DNA from: Limnochordia bacterium
GTDB taxonomy: Bacteria > Bacillota > Limnochordia > Darwinibacteriales > Darwinibacteriaceae
NCBI GenBank assembly: GCA_050952265.1
Contig: JBMNKP010000001.1
Location: 431,596-495,595, forward strand
Reading direction: 5' to 3'
Length of the DNA: 64,000 nt
In this document: positions 9,398 through 19,144 of the stretch, one piece after another
Layout: each line of letters opens with the position of its first letter
Position numbering within the stretch: position 1 is the stretch's first letter
Position numbers and translations under genes: made by a program
The notes under the pieces: generated by a model
Databases searched by the model: none
The model's input: the letters and a program-made list of their open reading frames with translations, nothing else
Told to the model about the DNA's origin: nothing

Positions 9398-11125
9398 TTG
9401 AAGGATCTGAAGAGGTTTGTTTCCTACTACAAGCCGGAGCTCCGCCTCTTCACTGCGGATCTGCTCGCGGCCAGCGTTATCGCCGTACTCGATCTGTTGT
9501 TTCCCATCATCACCCGTACCTTCATGAAAGACTTCATTCCCGGCCGAAATGTGCGGGCGGTGCTGGTCTGGGCCGGTGTGCTGGCAGCTTTATACCTGGT
9601 GCGCTTGCTCTGCACCTATTTTGTCGATTACTACGGCCATGTGGTGGGCGTGAACATCGAGTACCGCATGCGCAAGGATCTCTTTGCCCACCTGCAGACC
9701 CTGGACTTCCGCTTTTTTGACGATACCAAGGTAGGACACCTGATGAGCAGGATCGTCAATGACCTGCGGGACATCACGGAACTCGCCCACCACGGGCCTG
9801 AGGATCTGTTCATCGCCACGCTGATGCTGATCGGTTCCTTTCTCTACCTGTTGAGCATCAACGTGCCGCTGACCCTGATCACCTTTGTGTTTATCCCCTT
9901 GATCGGTGGCTATGCCTACAAGACCCGCACGAAGATGAATGAGGCATTCCGGGAAGAGCGCCGCAAGATCGCCGATGTGAACGCAGATCTTGAGAACAGC
10001 CTGTCAGGCATCAGGGTTGCCCAGAGCTTCGTCAACGAAGCCTACGAGATCAAGCGTTTCGATGCGGCAAACGCCTCTTTTAAGACATCGCGCTACAAAG
10101 CGATGCGGGCCATGGCGGTATATTCCTCCGGCCTGGGGTTTCTCACCGACCTGCTGAACGTGGCTGTCCTGACATGCGGCGCCCTGTTCATGTTCCGGGG
10201 ACACATCGATCTTGCGGATCTCACTGCTTACCTCATGTTCATCGGTTACTTCCTCCAGCCGATCCGGAGGCTGATCTCCTTCACCCAGCAGTACCAGCAG
10301 GGCATGGCAGGGTTCCGGCGCTTTGCCGAGCTGATGGAAGTTCAGCCGTCGGTGAGCGATCGGCCGGGTGCTGTGGATCTGCCGCCTGTGAAGGGAGATA
10401 TCGAGCTGCGGGATGTGTCCTTCCACTATGCGGAAGACAGCGAAGTCCTGCACAACGTAAACCTGACGTTACCTGCCGGCAGTACCGTGGCCTTCGTCGG
10501 CCCGTCGGGCGGGGGAAAGACCACCCTCTGTCACCTGATCCCCCGGTTCTACGATGTGGCCGAGGGGGCGGTGCTCATCGACGGGCACGATGTGCGGGAT
10601 GTCACCCTGAGCTCTCTGCGGCAGCAGATCGGCTTTGTGCAGCAGGATGTGTTCCTCTTCACCGGAACGATCAGGGAGAACATCCTCTACGGCAATCCCT
10701 CTGCCTCAGAGGAGGAGATGGTTGCCGCCGCGAAGCGGGCTCAGATCCACGATTTCGTGATGAGCCTGAAGGACGGCTACGACACCTACGTGGGTGAACG
10801 GGGCGTCAAGCTGTCCGGCGGCCAGAAGCAGCGCATTTCCATCGCCCGTGTTTTCCTGAAGAATCCGCCCATCCTGATCCTGGATGAAGCGACCTCTTCC
10901 CTTGACACCGCAACGGAAGTCGAGATTCAGGAAGCCCTTATGGAGCTGGCAAAAGACCGCACCACGCTGATCATCGCCCACCGGCTGAGCACCATCAGGC
11001 ACGCAGACGAGATTGTGGTGCTCACCGAAGGAAGGATCCGCGAGCGGGGTACCCATGGAGAACTCATGGCGAAAAACGGACTGTACGCGAAGCTCTGTGC
11101 CGCCCAGATGGAGCAGGTGATCTGA
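9398..11125 (+). CDS. ABC exporter, fused permease / ATP-binding protein (MsbA-like)
   Basis: N-terminal six-TM domain followed by an NBD with GPSGGGKTT, LSGGQKQR and ILILDEATSSLD. Confidence 0.85.
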   Translation: MKDLKRFVSYYKPELRLFTADLLAASVIAVLDLLFPIITRTFMKDFIPGRNVRAVLVWAGVLAALYLVRLLCTYFVDYYGHVVGVNIEYRMRKDLFAHLQTLDFRFFDDTKVGHLMSRIVNDLRDITELAHHGPEDLFIATLMLIGSFLYLLSINVPLTLITFVFIPLIGGYAYKTRTKMNEAFREERRKIADVNADLENSLSGIRVAQSFVNEAYEIKRFDAANASFKTSRYKAMRAMAVYSSGLGFLTDLLNVAVLTCGALFMFRGHIDLADLTAYLMFIGYFLQPIRRLISFTQQYQQGMAGFRRFAELMEVQPSVSDRPGAVDLPPVKGDIELRDVSFHYAEDSEVLHNVNLTLPAGSTVAFVGPSGGGKTTLCHLIPRFYDVAEGAVLIDGHDVRDVTLSSLRQQIGFVQQDVFLFTGTIRENILYGNPSASEEEMVAAAKRAQIHDFVMSLKDGYDTYVGERGVKLSGGQKQRISIARVFLKNPPILILDEATSSLDTATEVEIQEALMELAKDRTTLIIAHRLSTIRHADEIVVLTEGRIRERGTHGELMAKNGLYAKLCAAQMEQVI

Positions 11126-11151
11126 ATTAGTTTACGTAGCGATAACATCCA

Positions 11152-11190
11152 CGCCGCCGCCTTTGAAGGCGGCGGTTCTTTCATTTCAGC
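11152..11190 (+). terminator. Rho-independent terminator
   Basis: GCCGCCGCC...GGCGGCGG hairpin followed by TTCTTTCATTT. Confidence 0.6.
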
Positions 11191-11337
11191 CCGTTTTTCG
11201 GCTCTGGGCTGGCTTTTAACGGTACTCTCAATACTTTGTGCCAAAACGAACATTTTTCTTCCTGTATAGAAGGAGAACTTGCGTAATTCGTAGAATACTA
11301 GTGCCAGTTTTTTATCTTACAGGAGGAGAGGAGAAGC

Positions 11338-12438
11338 GTGAAGAAAAGGCTATCACTGTTGCTGGCGTTGGTTTTGGTTTTTGGTCTCATCGGTGCAGCA
11401 CAAGCCGCATCCCTGCCCTTTAAGATCGGTCTGATTACCGGTACGGTCTCCCAGGGCGAGGAAGAGTATCAAGCGGCGCTTCAGATGGTAGATCGGTATC
11501 CGGGTTCGGTCATACACGTCACCTATCCTGACAACTTCATGCAGGAGCAGGAGACAGTTATCGGCCAGATCGTCCAGTTCGCCATGGATCCTCAGGTCAA
11601 AGCGATCGTTGTCTGCCAAGGTGTTCCCGGCACGACCGCCGCTTTCAAGACCGTGCGGGAGATGCGTCCTGATATCGTCCTGATCACCGGGGTTCCTCAC
11701 GAAGACCCGCCTGTGATCGGCGGTGTGGCAGACATCGCATTCGAAACTGACCAGCTCAGGCGCGGTGCATCCATTGCTCAACTGGCCTACCAGATGGGTG
11801 CCAAGAAGATCCTGCATTACTCCTTCCCGCGGCACATGTCCATGGAGCTTCTGGCTGTTCGCTACCAGAACATGAAAGAAGAAGCCGCGAAGCTGGGCAT
11901 CGAGGTTATTGATGTCACTGCTCCAGACCCGATGGGTGACGCTGGCCTCCCCGGCACGCAGCAGTTCATCCTGGAGGATATCCCCCGCCAGGCGGCTATC
12001 CACGGTACTGACATCGCCTTCTTCGGCACCAACTGCGGTATGATGGAGCCGGCCATCCGGGCTTCGCTCGAAGCTGGCATCATCTTCCCAGAACAGTGCT
12101 GCCCGAGCCCGTTCCACGGCTATCCCGGTGCTCTCGGCATCGAGGTTGATGAAGAGCACAAGGGCGATGTGGCCTGGATCCTTGAGCAGATCAAAGCCAA
12201 GGTCGCTGATATGGGACGTTCCGGCCGCATGGCCACCTGGGTTGCCCCGATCAACATGGTGTTTGTCGAGGCCGGTGTGGAACTGGCTATCAAGGCCGTC
12301 CAGGAAGGCATGGACTTCTCTGATGCAGCTGCTGTAGAGGCGGCGATCTACGAAGCGACAGGCGTCAATCTGTCGATCAACCGCTACGAGGAAGGCTACA
12401 ACTACTACCTGGTACTTGCCGACTCCATCATCTTCTAG
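11338..12438 (+). CDS. putative ABC transporter substrate-binding protein, DUF3798-like
   Basis: Signal peptide ending AQA-AS. 366-aa secreted protein directly upstream of a CUT2-type ATPase and two permeases. DUF3798 assignment is from memory. Confidence 0.5.
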   Translation: MKKRLSLLLALVLVFGLIGAAQAASLPFKIGLITGTVSQGEEEYQAALQMVDRYPGSVIHVTYPDNFMQEQETVIGQIVQFAMDPQVKAIVVCQGVPGTTAAFKTVREMRPDIVLITGVPHEDPPVIGGVADIAFETDQLRRGASIAQLAYQMGAKKILHYSFPRHMSMELLAVRYQNMKEEAAKLGIEVIDVTAPDPMGDAGLPGTQQFILEDIPRQAAIHGTDIAFFGTNCGMMEPAIRASLEAGIIFPEQCCPSPFHGYPGALGIEVDEEHKGDVAWILEQIKAKVADMGRSGRMATWVAPINMVFVEAGVELAIKAVQEGMDFSDAAAVEAAIYEATGVNLSINRYEEGYNYYLVLADSIIF

Positions 12439-12468
12439 GAGCCTGGGCAAAAATAGCTGAAAAGCAAT

Positions 12469-12512
12469 GCGGAGCTCTCGCCCTCTCCGAGGGCGGAACT
12501 CCGCACTTTTGT
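12469..12512 (+). terminator. intra-operon attenuator/terminator hairpin between the SBP and ATPase genes
   Basis: GCGGAGCTCTCGCCCTCTCCGAGGGCGGAACTCCGC nested hairpin followed by TTTTGTT. Typical partial terminator that raises SBP expression relative to the downstream genes. Confidence 0.55.
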
Positions 12513-12537
12513 TGCTGAAATAGTGGAGGTGTTGCGA

Positions 12538-14124
12538 GTGAGCGTTCCTGTTCTGGAGATGCGGGGGATCTCCAAGGCCTTCTTCGGCACTCAGGTGCTG
12601 AAGGATGTCAACCTAACCGTAGAACGCGGCCAGATACACTGCTTAGTTGGCGAAAACGGAGCCGGAAAGTCGACCTTGATGAACATCCTCTTCGGCATGC
12701 CCGTGATCACGAACACCGGTGGCTATGAAGGTGACCTCTTCATAAATGGCGAGAAAAAGTCCTTTGATTCCCCGCGAGCGGCCATCGAAGCAGGTATCGG
12801 CATGGTGCACCAAGAGTTCATGCTCCTGCCGGGCTTCACGGTGACTGAAAACATCAAACTGAACCGGGAGCTGACCAAGGCCAATCCGTTCAGCGCCATC
12901 TTTGGTGAGAAGTTGGAGACGCTCAACCGGGCGCAGATGGCCAAGGATGCAAGAACAGCCCTGGACCGCCTGGGCATGACCATCGATGAATGGGCTCCTG
13001 TGGCGGGGCTGCCCGTGGGCTACCTGCAGTTTGTGGAGATCGCCCGGGAGATCGACAAGGAGAACCTGCAGCTGCTGGTTCTCGACGAACCAACCGCTGT
13101 GCTTACGGAAAGCGAAGCGGAGCAGTTTCTTGAAGTCATCAAGCGCTTGGCGCAGAGCGGCATAAGTATTCTTTTTATTACCCACCGCCTGGACGAGGTT
13201 ATGGCGGTCGCAGATCGGATTACTATCCTGAAAGACGGCGAGCTGGTCAGCACGGGTCCCAAGGAAGAATACACCATAAGCCAAATTGCCGAGTTGATGG
13301 TGGGCCGCAAGGTCGATACCGCCTCCCGGCGTACGAGAACCCGGCAGCCCAGCGATGAAGTGGTGCTGCAGATAAGGGGACTGCGGGTGAACATGCCCGG
13401 CGAAACCCTGCGGGGCATCGATCTGGATGTCCGGAAGGGAGAGATACTGGGTCTGGGAGGCCTGGCAGGCCACGGAAAGGTGGGTCTGGCCAACGGCATC
13501 ATGGGACTCTACCCGAGCCAGGGGCAGGTGCTCTATGAGGGCAGGGAACTGCCTCTTAACAACACCCAGGCCGCGCTCAAGGCTGGACTGGCCTTTGTTT
13601 CCGAAGACAGGCGCGGCGTGGGATTGGTTCTGGAGGACACCATTGCCAACAACATCGTGCTCACCAGTATGCAGAGCCAGGACAGGTTCCTCAAACCTGG
13701 GTTCCTCAAGCTCAAAGATGAGAAGAAGATCCTGGAACATGCCCGGGAGTTCATCGACAAGTTCGATATCCGCTGCACAGGGCCGGACCAGATCGTCCGC
13801 CGGCTCAGCGGCGGCAACCAGCAGAAGGTCTGCTTGGCGAGGGCCTTCACCCAGCAGCCCAAGCTGCTCTTTGTCTCCGAACCGACGCGGGGTATTGACG
13901 TTGGTGCAAAGAGCCGGGTGCTGGAGCTGATCGTGGAACTCAACGAGATGGGAGTAACGGTGGTCTTCACCTCCAGCGAGCTGGCCGAACTGCGCAGTAT
14001 CGCTGACCGCATTGCCATCGTCTATGAAGGCAGATTGGCTGGGTTCCTTCCGCCGGATGCTCCCGATGTGGCCTTCGGCCTCTTGATGGCCGGAAAATCC
14101 TTGGAGGAGGTGGCGGCTCGATGA
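12538..14124 (+). CDS. ABC transporter ATP-binding protein with two NBDs (CUT2 type)
   Basis: GENGAGKST, a second NBD GLAGHGKVGL, and LSGGNQQK. GTG 12538 follows GGAGGTG by 5 nt; GTG 12523 is an alternative start. Confidence 0.8.
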   Translation: MSVPVLEMRGISKAFFGTQVLKDVNLTVERGQIHCLVGENGAGKSTLMNILFGMPVITNTGGYEGDLFINGEKKSFDSPRAAIEAGIGMVHQEFMLLPGFTVTENIKLNRELTKANPFSAIFGEKLETLNRAQMAKDARTALDRLGMTIDEWAPVAGLPVGYLQFVEIAREIDKENLQLLVLDEPTAVLTESEAEQFLEVIKRLAQSGISILFITHRLDEVMAVADRITILKDGELVSTGPKEEYTISQIAELMVGRKVDTASRRTRTRQPSDEVVLQIRGLRVNMPGETLRGIDLDVRKGEILGLGGLAGHGKVGLANGIMGLYPSQGQVLYEGRELPLNNTQAALKAGLAFVSEDRRGVGLVLEDTIANNIVLTSMQSQDRFLKPGFLKLKDEKKILEHAREFIDKFDIRCTGPDQIVRRLSGGNQQKVCLARAFTQQPKLLFVSEPTRGIDVGAKSRVLELIVELNEMGVTVVFTSSELAELRSIADRIAIVYEGRLAGFLPPDAPDVAFGLLMAGKSLEEVAAR

Positions 14125-15167
14125 AAGAGCGGTTGACGGCAATCTACCACACCATCGGCCTGCCGCGCCTGATCATTGCCGGTTTCCTGCTCCTGCTCCT
14201 CATCATTGCTTCAGGTACGGAGCTGAGCGTAGCCGGGCTGCTCAGCGACGCTTTGGTGCGCATCGGCCAGAACGGCATCTACGTCTTGGCCATGGTGCCT
14301 TCCATCCAAGCCGGGGTAGGCCTCAACTTCGGTCTGCCCGTAGGCGTTATCTGCGGCATCGTCGGCGCCCTGGTGGCAATGGAGTTTAACCTTATTGGCT
14401 TCACCGGACTGCTTACAGCCCTGCTCTTGGCCATCCCGCTGGCTGTCGGAGCTGGTTTTCTCTATGCGCTGCTGCTTAACCGGGTAGCTGGGCAGGAGAT
14501 GATGGTGGGGACCTATGTGGGTTTTTCCGTTGTGGCCGGGATGTGCATCTTCTGGCTGCTGGCTCCCTTTAGAAACCCAGCCATGATCTGGCCAGTAGGC
14601 GGTGTAGGGCTCAGGACTACGCTGACCCTTGCGGACACCTTTGGCGGCACGCTCAATGACTTTTTGCAATTCGAGATCTTCGGTCTGACCGTGCCCACCG
14701 GGCTGCTGCTCTTCTACGCCCTAATTGTCACCCTGGTCTGGCTGTTCTTCAAGACCAAGGCGGGCGTGGCCTTAGAGGTTGTGGGGCGGAACCCGCGGTT
14801 TGCAGCGGCCAGCGGCCTGAGCCTGACTAAGTACCGTACGCTCGGGATCATCATGTCCACGGTTCTTGCTGCCATAGGCTACGTCACCTACGCTCAGAGC
14901 TTCGGCTTTGTCCAGCTCTACAACGGCCCTCTGATGACAGCCTTCCCGGCAGTAGCCGGTGTGCTGATCGGCGGGGCAAGCACAAGGGAAGCCAAGGTAA
15001 GCCACGCCATCTTGGGCGTGATCCTCTTCCAGACGCTGCTCACTGTGGCCATGCCCGTTACGAACCAGCTGATCGAGGGCAACATTTCGGAGATTGCCCG
15101 GGTGATTGTGAGCAACGGCATGATCTTGTACGCCCTGACGCGGGCAACCGGAGGTGAACAGGCGTGA
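14121..15167 (+). CDS. ABC transporter permease
   Basis: Multi-TM protein. ATGA overlap with the ATPase gene. Confidence 0.75.
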   Translation: MKERLTAIYHTIGLPRLIIAGFLLLLLIIASGTELSVAGLLSDALVRIGQNGIYVLAMVPSIQAGVGLNFGLPVGVICGIVGALVAMEFNLIGFTGLLTALLLAIPLAVGAGFLYALLLNRVAGQEMMVGTYVGFSVVAGMCIFWLLAPFRNPAMIWPVGGVGLRTTLTLADTFGGTLNDFLQFEIFGLTVPTGLLLFYALIVTLVWLFFKTKAGVALEVVGRNPRFAAASGLSLTKYRTLGIIMSTVLAAIGYVTYAQSFGFVQLYNGPLMTAFPAVAGVLIGGASTREAKVSHAILGVILFQTLLTVAMPVTNQLIEGNISEIARVIVSNGMILYALTRATGGEQA

Positions 15168-16243
15168 ACCAAATCAAACGGCTGATCTCGCGCAATGCAG
15201 TACCGATCCTCTTCGGCGTTGTCTGCCTTGTGGGCGTCTACTTTGCCAAGATGCCGGGCCAGTTCATACTCATGGAGATCGTGAAGCGCATGGCCCGCAA
15301 CTCCTTCCTGGTACTGTCCCTGATCATCCCTGTGGCTGCTGGCATGGGCCTGAACTTCGGCATCGTGCTGGGGGCTCTCGCCGGCCAGATCGCCCTGATC
15401 CTTGCCACTCACTGGGAGTGGGGCGGAATCGGCGGCCTGCTGGCCACCGCCCTCCTGGCTACGCCGCTGGCGGTTCTGTTCGGGTACCTCGCCGGCATCC
15501 TGCTGAACAAGGCTAAGGGCCGGGAGATGATCACCGGTATGGTCATGGGCTTTTTTGCCAACGGCGTGTACCAGTTTATCTTCCTGTTCCTGGTGGGTAC
15601 CGTTATCCCCTTCGACAACCCGAAGCTGCGCATATCCACAAGCCCGGGTCTGCGCAACACCATCGACCTGTACCGGCTGAAAGGCGCCCTTGATGGGATC
15701 TGGGAGGTGCGGTACGGGTTCACCAAGTTCCCGATGGTGACCTTCATCGTAATTGCCGTGCTGGCCCTGGCCATCTGGGCCTTTTTCCGGACCAAGCTCG
15801 GCCAGGAGTTTAGAGCTGTCGGTCAGGATCGCCATATTGCTGCCGTGGCCGGAATTAACGTTGACCGCAACCGCAAGCTGGCCATCATCTTCTCTACGGT
15901 GCTCGCTGCTTGGGGTCAGCTGATCTTCCTGCAGAACATCGGCACCTTGAACACGTATAACAGCCATGAGCAGGTGGGAACCTTTGCTATTGCCGCTCTG
16001 CTTATCGGCGGGGCGACCGTGACAAAGGCCACCATCGCACAGGCCTTGATGGGTACCTTCCTGTTCCACCTGCTGTTTGTGGTTTCGCCTACTGCCGGCC
16101 AAGCTATCTTTGGCAGCGCTCAGGTGGGCGAGTACTTCAGGGTGTTTGTGGCTTACGGGATCATTGCCATAAGCCTGGCCCTCCATGCCTGGCAGACAAG
16201 GACCGCAGCCAAAGCAAGCATGGAGGAAGACGTGTCAGCATAA
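15164..16243 (+). CDS. ABC transporter permease (second subunit)
   Basis: Multi-TM protein overlapping the previous permease gene. Confidence 0.75.
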   Translation: MNQIKRLISRNAVPILFGVVCLVGVYFAKMPGQFILMEIVKRMARNSFLVLSLIIPVAAGMGLNFGIVLGALAGQIALILATHWEWGGIGGLLATALLATPLAVLFGYLAGILLNKAKGREMITGMVMGFFANGVYQFIFLFLVGTVIPFDNPKLRISTSPGLRNTIDLYRLKGALDGIWEVRYGFTKFPMVTFIVIAVLALAIWAFFRTKLGQEFRAVGQDRHIAAVAGINVDRNRKLAIIFSTVLAAWGQLIFLQNIGTLNTYNSHEQVGTFAIAALLIGGATVTKATIAQALMGTFLFHLLFVVSPTAGQAIFGSAQVGEYFRVFVAYGIIAISLALHAWQTRTAAKASMEEDVSA

Positions 16244-16270
16244 GGGGGGCGCTCACCCCCTTTGTTCGTT
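16244..16270 (+). terminator. Rho-independent terminator
   Basis: GGGGGGCGCTCACCCCC hairpin followed by TTTGTT. Confidence 0.6.
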
Positions 16271-16476
16271 CCTATCAGTGTTCTTTACCTGTGAAAGCTC
16301 ACGCTCCTAAGCAGGAGAAATGCTCCTGGGCGCAGAAAGACAGGATATGTCAACGATGCCCTGGAAGGAGGTGGGCAGCGAAGCAGATACGGGGAGGCAA
16401 AAGGCGAACTTATCCAGGTTACAGCCGACAGATACGTTCATCAACCTACGGGAAATACTTTGGAGGTGCAGAAAGA

Positions 16477-16845
16477 GTGAAAAGGAGTTTCATAGTACTT
16501 ACCACCCTTGTCTTGGTTACTGTATTGCTTTCCGGCTGCAATGTGCTGCCCTGGAGCAGGATTAAGGTGGATTGTACGTATGATACGAACGTGTTCGCAA
16601 AGGGTAACCTGCCCGATCGCCTGAAGAAGGGTGATGCTGTCGACCTGTTCTTCCCCTTCAAGGATGACGCCAAAGGGAAGTACAACCTTGAGTCGTTTGA
16701 CATCGAGGTCAAAGCTGGAGACAAAACCGTAGAGCATCTGGCCGGTGAAATCCATGATGCGGATCATCAGGTGATCGGCATCTTCATCAGCATCCCGAAT
16801 GTGGGCGACAAACCGCTGACTGTCACGGTCCAGCTGAATAAGTAA
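16477..16845 (+). CDS. small lipoprotein, paralog 1 of 3
   Basis: GTG start 7 nt after GGAGGTG. LLSGC lipobox. Ends with the conserved IPNVGDKPLTVTVQL motif. The ORF-track N-terminal extension is rejected. Confidence 0.6.
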   Translation: MKRSFIVLTTLVLVTVLLSGCNVLPWSRIKVDCTYDTNVFAKGNLPDRLKKGDAVDLFFPFKDDAKGKYNLESFDIEVKAGDKTVEHLAGEIHDADHQVIGIFISIPNVGDKPLTVTVQLNK

Positions 16846-16865
16846 GACTCGGGTACTAAAGCACA

Positions 16866-16895
16866 CAAAAACCCCACGGCTGTGGGGTTTTTTTA
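16866..16895. terminator. bidirectional Rho-independent terminator
   Basis: AAAAACCCCACGGCTGTGGGGTTTTTTT. Confidence 0.65.
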
Positions 16896-17112
16896 TGTCT
16901 GTGCCCCATCAGCTGCATCCGCTTGCAATCAGGAATGTTGACAGCGCTGGTAGGAAAATCCTGTTCCCGCGTAGAAAAGTCCATAGAAATGTTTGAGCAA
17001 AAACGCCTGGCTGAAGAGCTGGATGAAAGGGGTGGGTGTTGAAGCAGCTGAACAGCTGAAGACGTGTTGAGCTCAGCGCGACCATCCCGCCAAAATGGAG
17101 GTGTGAACAAAC

Positions 17113-17484
17113 ATGAAGAGAAACCTGTTGGTGCTTGCCGCCGTTCTTCTCCTTGCTGTCCTTCTTGCAGGGTGCGAAGCGGTGCCCATCAACCTGATCA
17201 ATGTCAAATACGATGTAGACTCGAAAGTATTCAGGAAACCCAATTACGCCACTCAAATGAAGAAGAACGCCATTTTCGAGGGTGTCTTCTGGTTCCTGGA
17301 GGATCAGAGGGGAAGGACTGTTGACGATTTCACGATCAGAATTGACGATGGAAGCCTCGATGGGCTGAGGTACTCTGCCCGCAATGTGGCTGGCAGCGAC
17401 TTTGAAGGCATTTACCTTCAGATCCCTGATGTGGGTACCAAGAACATCACGATCAGCATCAAACTGAAGACGGAGCAGCAGTAA
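17113..17484 (+). CDS. small lipoprotein, paralog 2 of 3
   Basis: LLAGC lipobox. C-terminal IPDVGTKNITISIKL motif. Confidence 0.65.
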   Translation: MKRNLLVLAAVLLLAVLLAGCEAVPINLINVKYDVDSKVFRKPNYATQMKKNAIFEGVFWFLEDQRGRTVDDFTIRIDDGSLDGLRYSARNVAGSDFEGIYLQIPDVGTKNITISIKLKTEQQ

Positions 17485-17517
17485 GAAGGGAATTCATCTC
17501 TTTGGGGGTAAATCCGG

Positions 17518-17898
17518 ATGCAAAAGAAGTTGTTGTTGCTCGCCGGCGTCGTGCTTCTTGCTGTTCTCCTGACTGGGTGCTCGGGGCTGATGGTCAAAGT
17601 CTGGTACGAATACGATCCGGTCTATTTCTACCCCATATCAAGCAATCCGGGAAAAGTATGGAAGTACGATTCGATGCAAGCAGAGTTTGTGGTGCAATCG
17701 AGTTATAAGCACAGCTTTACAAGTGTCGTGGCTGAAGTCTACACGGCGGTCACAGGTGCGCCGATCGCCCATGAGGAGACTCTCGTAAAGCCGGGCGATT
17801 ACGTGACAAGTATTATTGTAAGAGTCCCAAATGTTGGCAACCAAGACATAGTGATCAAAATCAGGCCGGCCTTTGGAGACTCAAACGAAGAGCAGTGA
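17518..17898 (+). CDS. small lipoprotein, paralog 3 of 3
   Basis: LLTGC lipobox. C-terminal VPNVGNQDIVIKIRP motif. Starts 34 nt after paralog 2. Confidence 0.65.
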   Translation: MQKKLLLLAGVVLLAVLLTGCSGLMVKVWYEYDPVYFYPISSNPGKVWKYDSMQAEFVVQSSYKHSFTSVVAEVYTAVTGAPIAHEETLVKPGDYVTSIIVRVPNVGNQDIVIKIRPAFGDSNEEQ

Positions 17899-17903
17899 TG
17901 CAA

Positions 17904-17926
17904 GAACCCCACCGCTGGTGGGGTTC
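17904..17926. terminator. GC-rich hairpin between convergent genes (possible bidirectional terminator)
   Basis: GAACCCCACCGCTGGTGGGGTTC. Flanking U-runs are weak on both strands. Confidence 0.4.
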
Positions 17927-17938
17927 TCCTTTGAGTTC

Positions 17939-19144
17939 CTAGCTTTCTCTGTAGCGCAGCCACTTCCAGACTTCTTTGGGGGTGGCGTTTTTGCCGTACA
18001 TGAGCATGCCCACCCTGAAGATTTTGGCCGAGGCGCGCATAGTGATGAAGGCCGTGATGAGCAGCAGTGCTGCGGAAAGGAGCTGCTGCCAGAGGGGGAC
18101 GGCGGTAAACCCGCTGCGCAGCATCATGATCGCCGAACTGGTGAGGGGAAACAGGCTGGCAAAGACAGCGATCGATCCGTTGGGGTTGCTGATCACCGGC
18201 CCGAGGAAGAGGAAAGCCAGCATGGGAAGCATGATCACGATGCTCTGGGCGTTGCCGGCGCTCTGCAGGTCCTCCATAGTCGCTCCCAGTCCGACAAACA
18301 AGGCGCTGAAGAGCAGGTAGCCGCCGAGGCCAAAGGCCAGGATCACGGGGAGGTTCACCGCCCGCAGGGCTTCCAAGATGGGGAATTCCAAAAAACGGAC
18401 CGCGAAGGGCAGGCCGAGGGCCAGCCAGAAACCGAGCTGGATAAGACCCAGAAGGAAGTGCCCAACGATCTTGCCCTGCATCAGCTCCCGGGGGCTGATC
18501 GAAGACAGCACCACTTCCGCCATGCGGTCCCGCTTCTCCTGAACGGCGCTCTGCATGAGCATTGTTCCTGAGGTAAAGACCAGGAAGTAGACCAGGCCCG
18601 TGAACACGGAGGAGACCACCAGGTGCATGGTCTGCGGCTGGGCCTCTTCCTTGAGAGGTACCTGCTGCACCTGTGCCGATGCTGTGAGGAGGGCAAGTTC
18701 CTCGGGGCTTACCCCCGACCCCGCAAGGCGCAGCTGCTGCAGAAGTGCAGTCAGGGCTTGGCGCAGGGAACTCACTGCCTGGCTGTTGGAGTCGTTGTAA
18801 AAGAGCTCCAGCTGTCCGGTGGTGACGAAGCTCTCCTGAAGCAGGAAGTAACCGGCCCCTTTCTTGGACAGAACGAGCTCGCGGAGATCTGAACCAGGCT
18901 CTGCTTCCACCAGCACGACGTGGGTTGGCAGCAGCTCCTTCAGGGTGTCCGCGGCACCCAGCTCGTCCACCACGTAGTACGTTATTTCTGACGGCTGGTT
19001 CATCCGCTCCAAAAACACAGGCACCACGATGAAGAGGGCCATGATCAGAGGGGTGATGATCAGTCCGAAGATGAACTGCTTGTTGGTCAGGTTGCGCAGG
19101 ACTTCCCAACTAGCGATCTTCCAGGCGTTCCGCATGCTGCGCAC
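17939..19144 (-). CDS. ABC-2 family transporter permease (NatB-like)
   Basis: 401 aa: N-terminal TM helix, large extracytoplasmic loop, then a C-terminal cluster of TM helices typical of ABC-2 permeases. Overlaps the upstream ATPase gene. Confidence 0.75.
   Translation of the reverse strand: MRSMRNAWKIASWEVLRNLTNKQFIFGLIITPLIMALFIVVPVFLERMNQPSEITYYVVDELGAADTLKELLPTHVVLVEAEPGSDLRELVLSKKGAGYFLLQESFVTTGQLELFYNDSNSQAVSSLRQALTALLQQLRLAGSGVSPEELALLTASAQVQQVPLKEEAQPQTMHLVVSSVFTGLVYFLVFTSGTMLMQSAVQEKRDRMAEVVLSSISPRELMQGKIVGHFLLGLIQLGFWLALGLPFAVRFLEFPILEALRAVNLPVILAFGLGGYLLFSALFVGLGATMEDLQSAGNAQSIVIMLPMLAFLFLGPVISNPNGSIAVFASLFPLTSSAIMMLRSGFTAVPLWQQLLSAALLLITAFITMRASAKIFRVGMLMYGKNATPKEVWKWLRYRES

Noticed and set aside
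11353-16186. Long antisense ORFs such as 11353..12450(-), 12643..14142(-) and 14918..16186(-). Similar ones elsewhere: 17799..19109(-), 23341..24675(-), 31385..32710(-), 37971..39233(-), 42119..44122(-), 45005..46189(-)
   Set aside because: Typical stop-poor antisense frames in GC-rich DNA. They are R/P/G/A-rich, lack RBSs and domains, and overlap well-supported genes with clear homology on the other strand.
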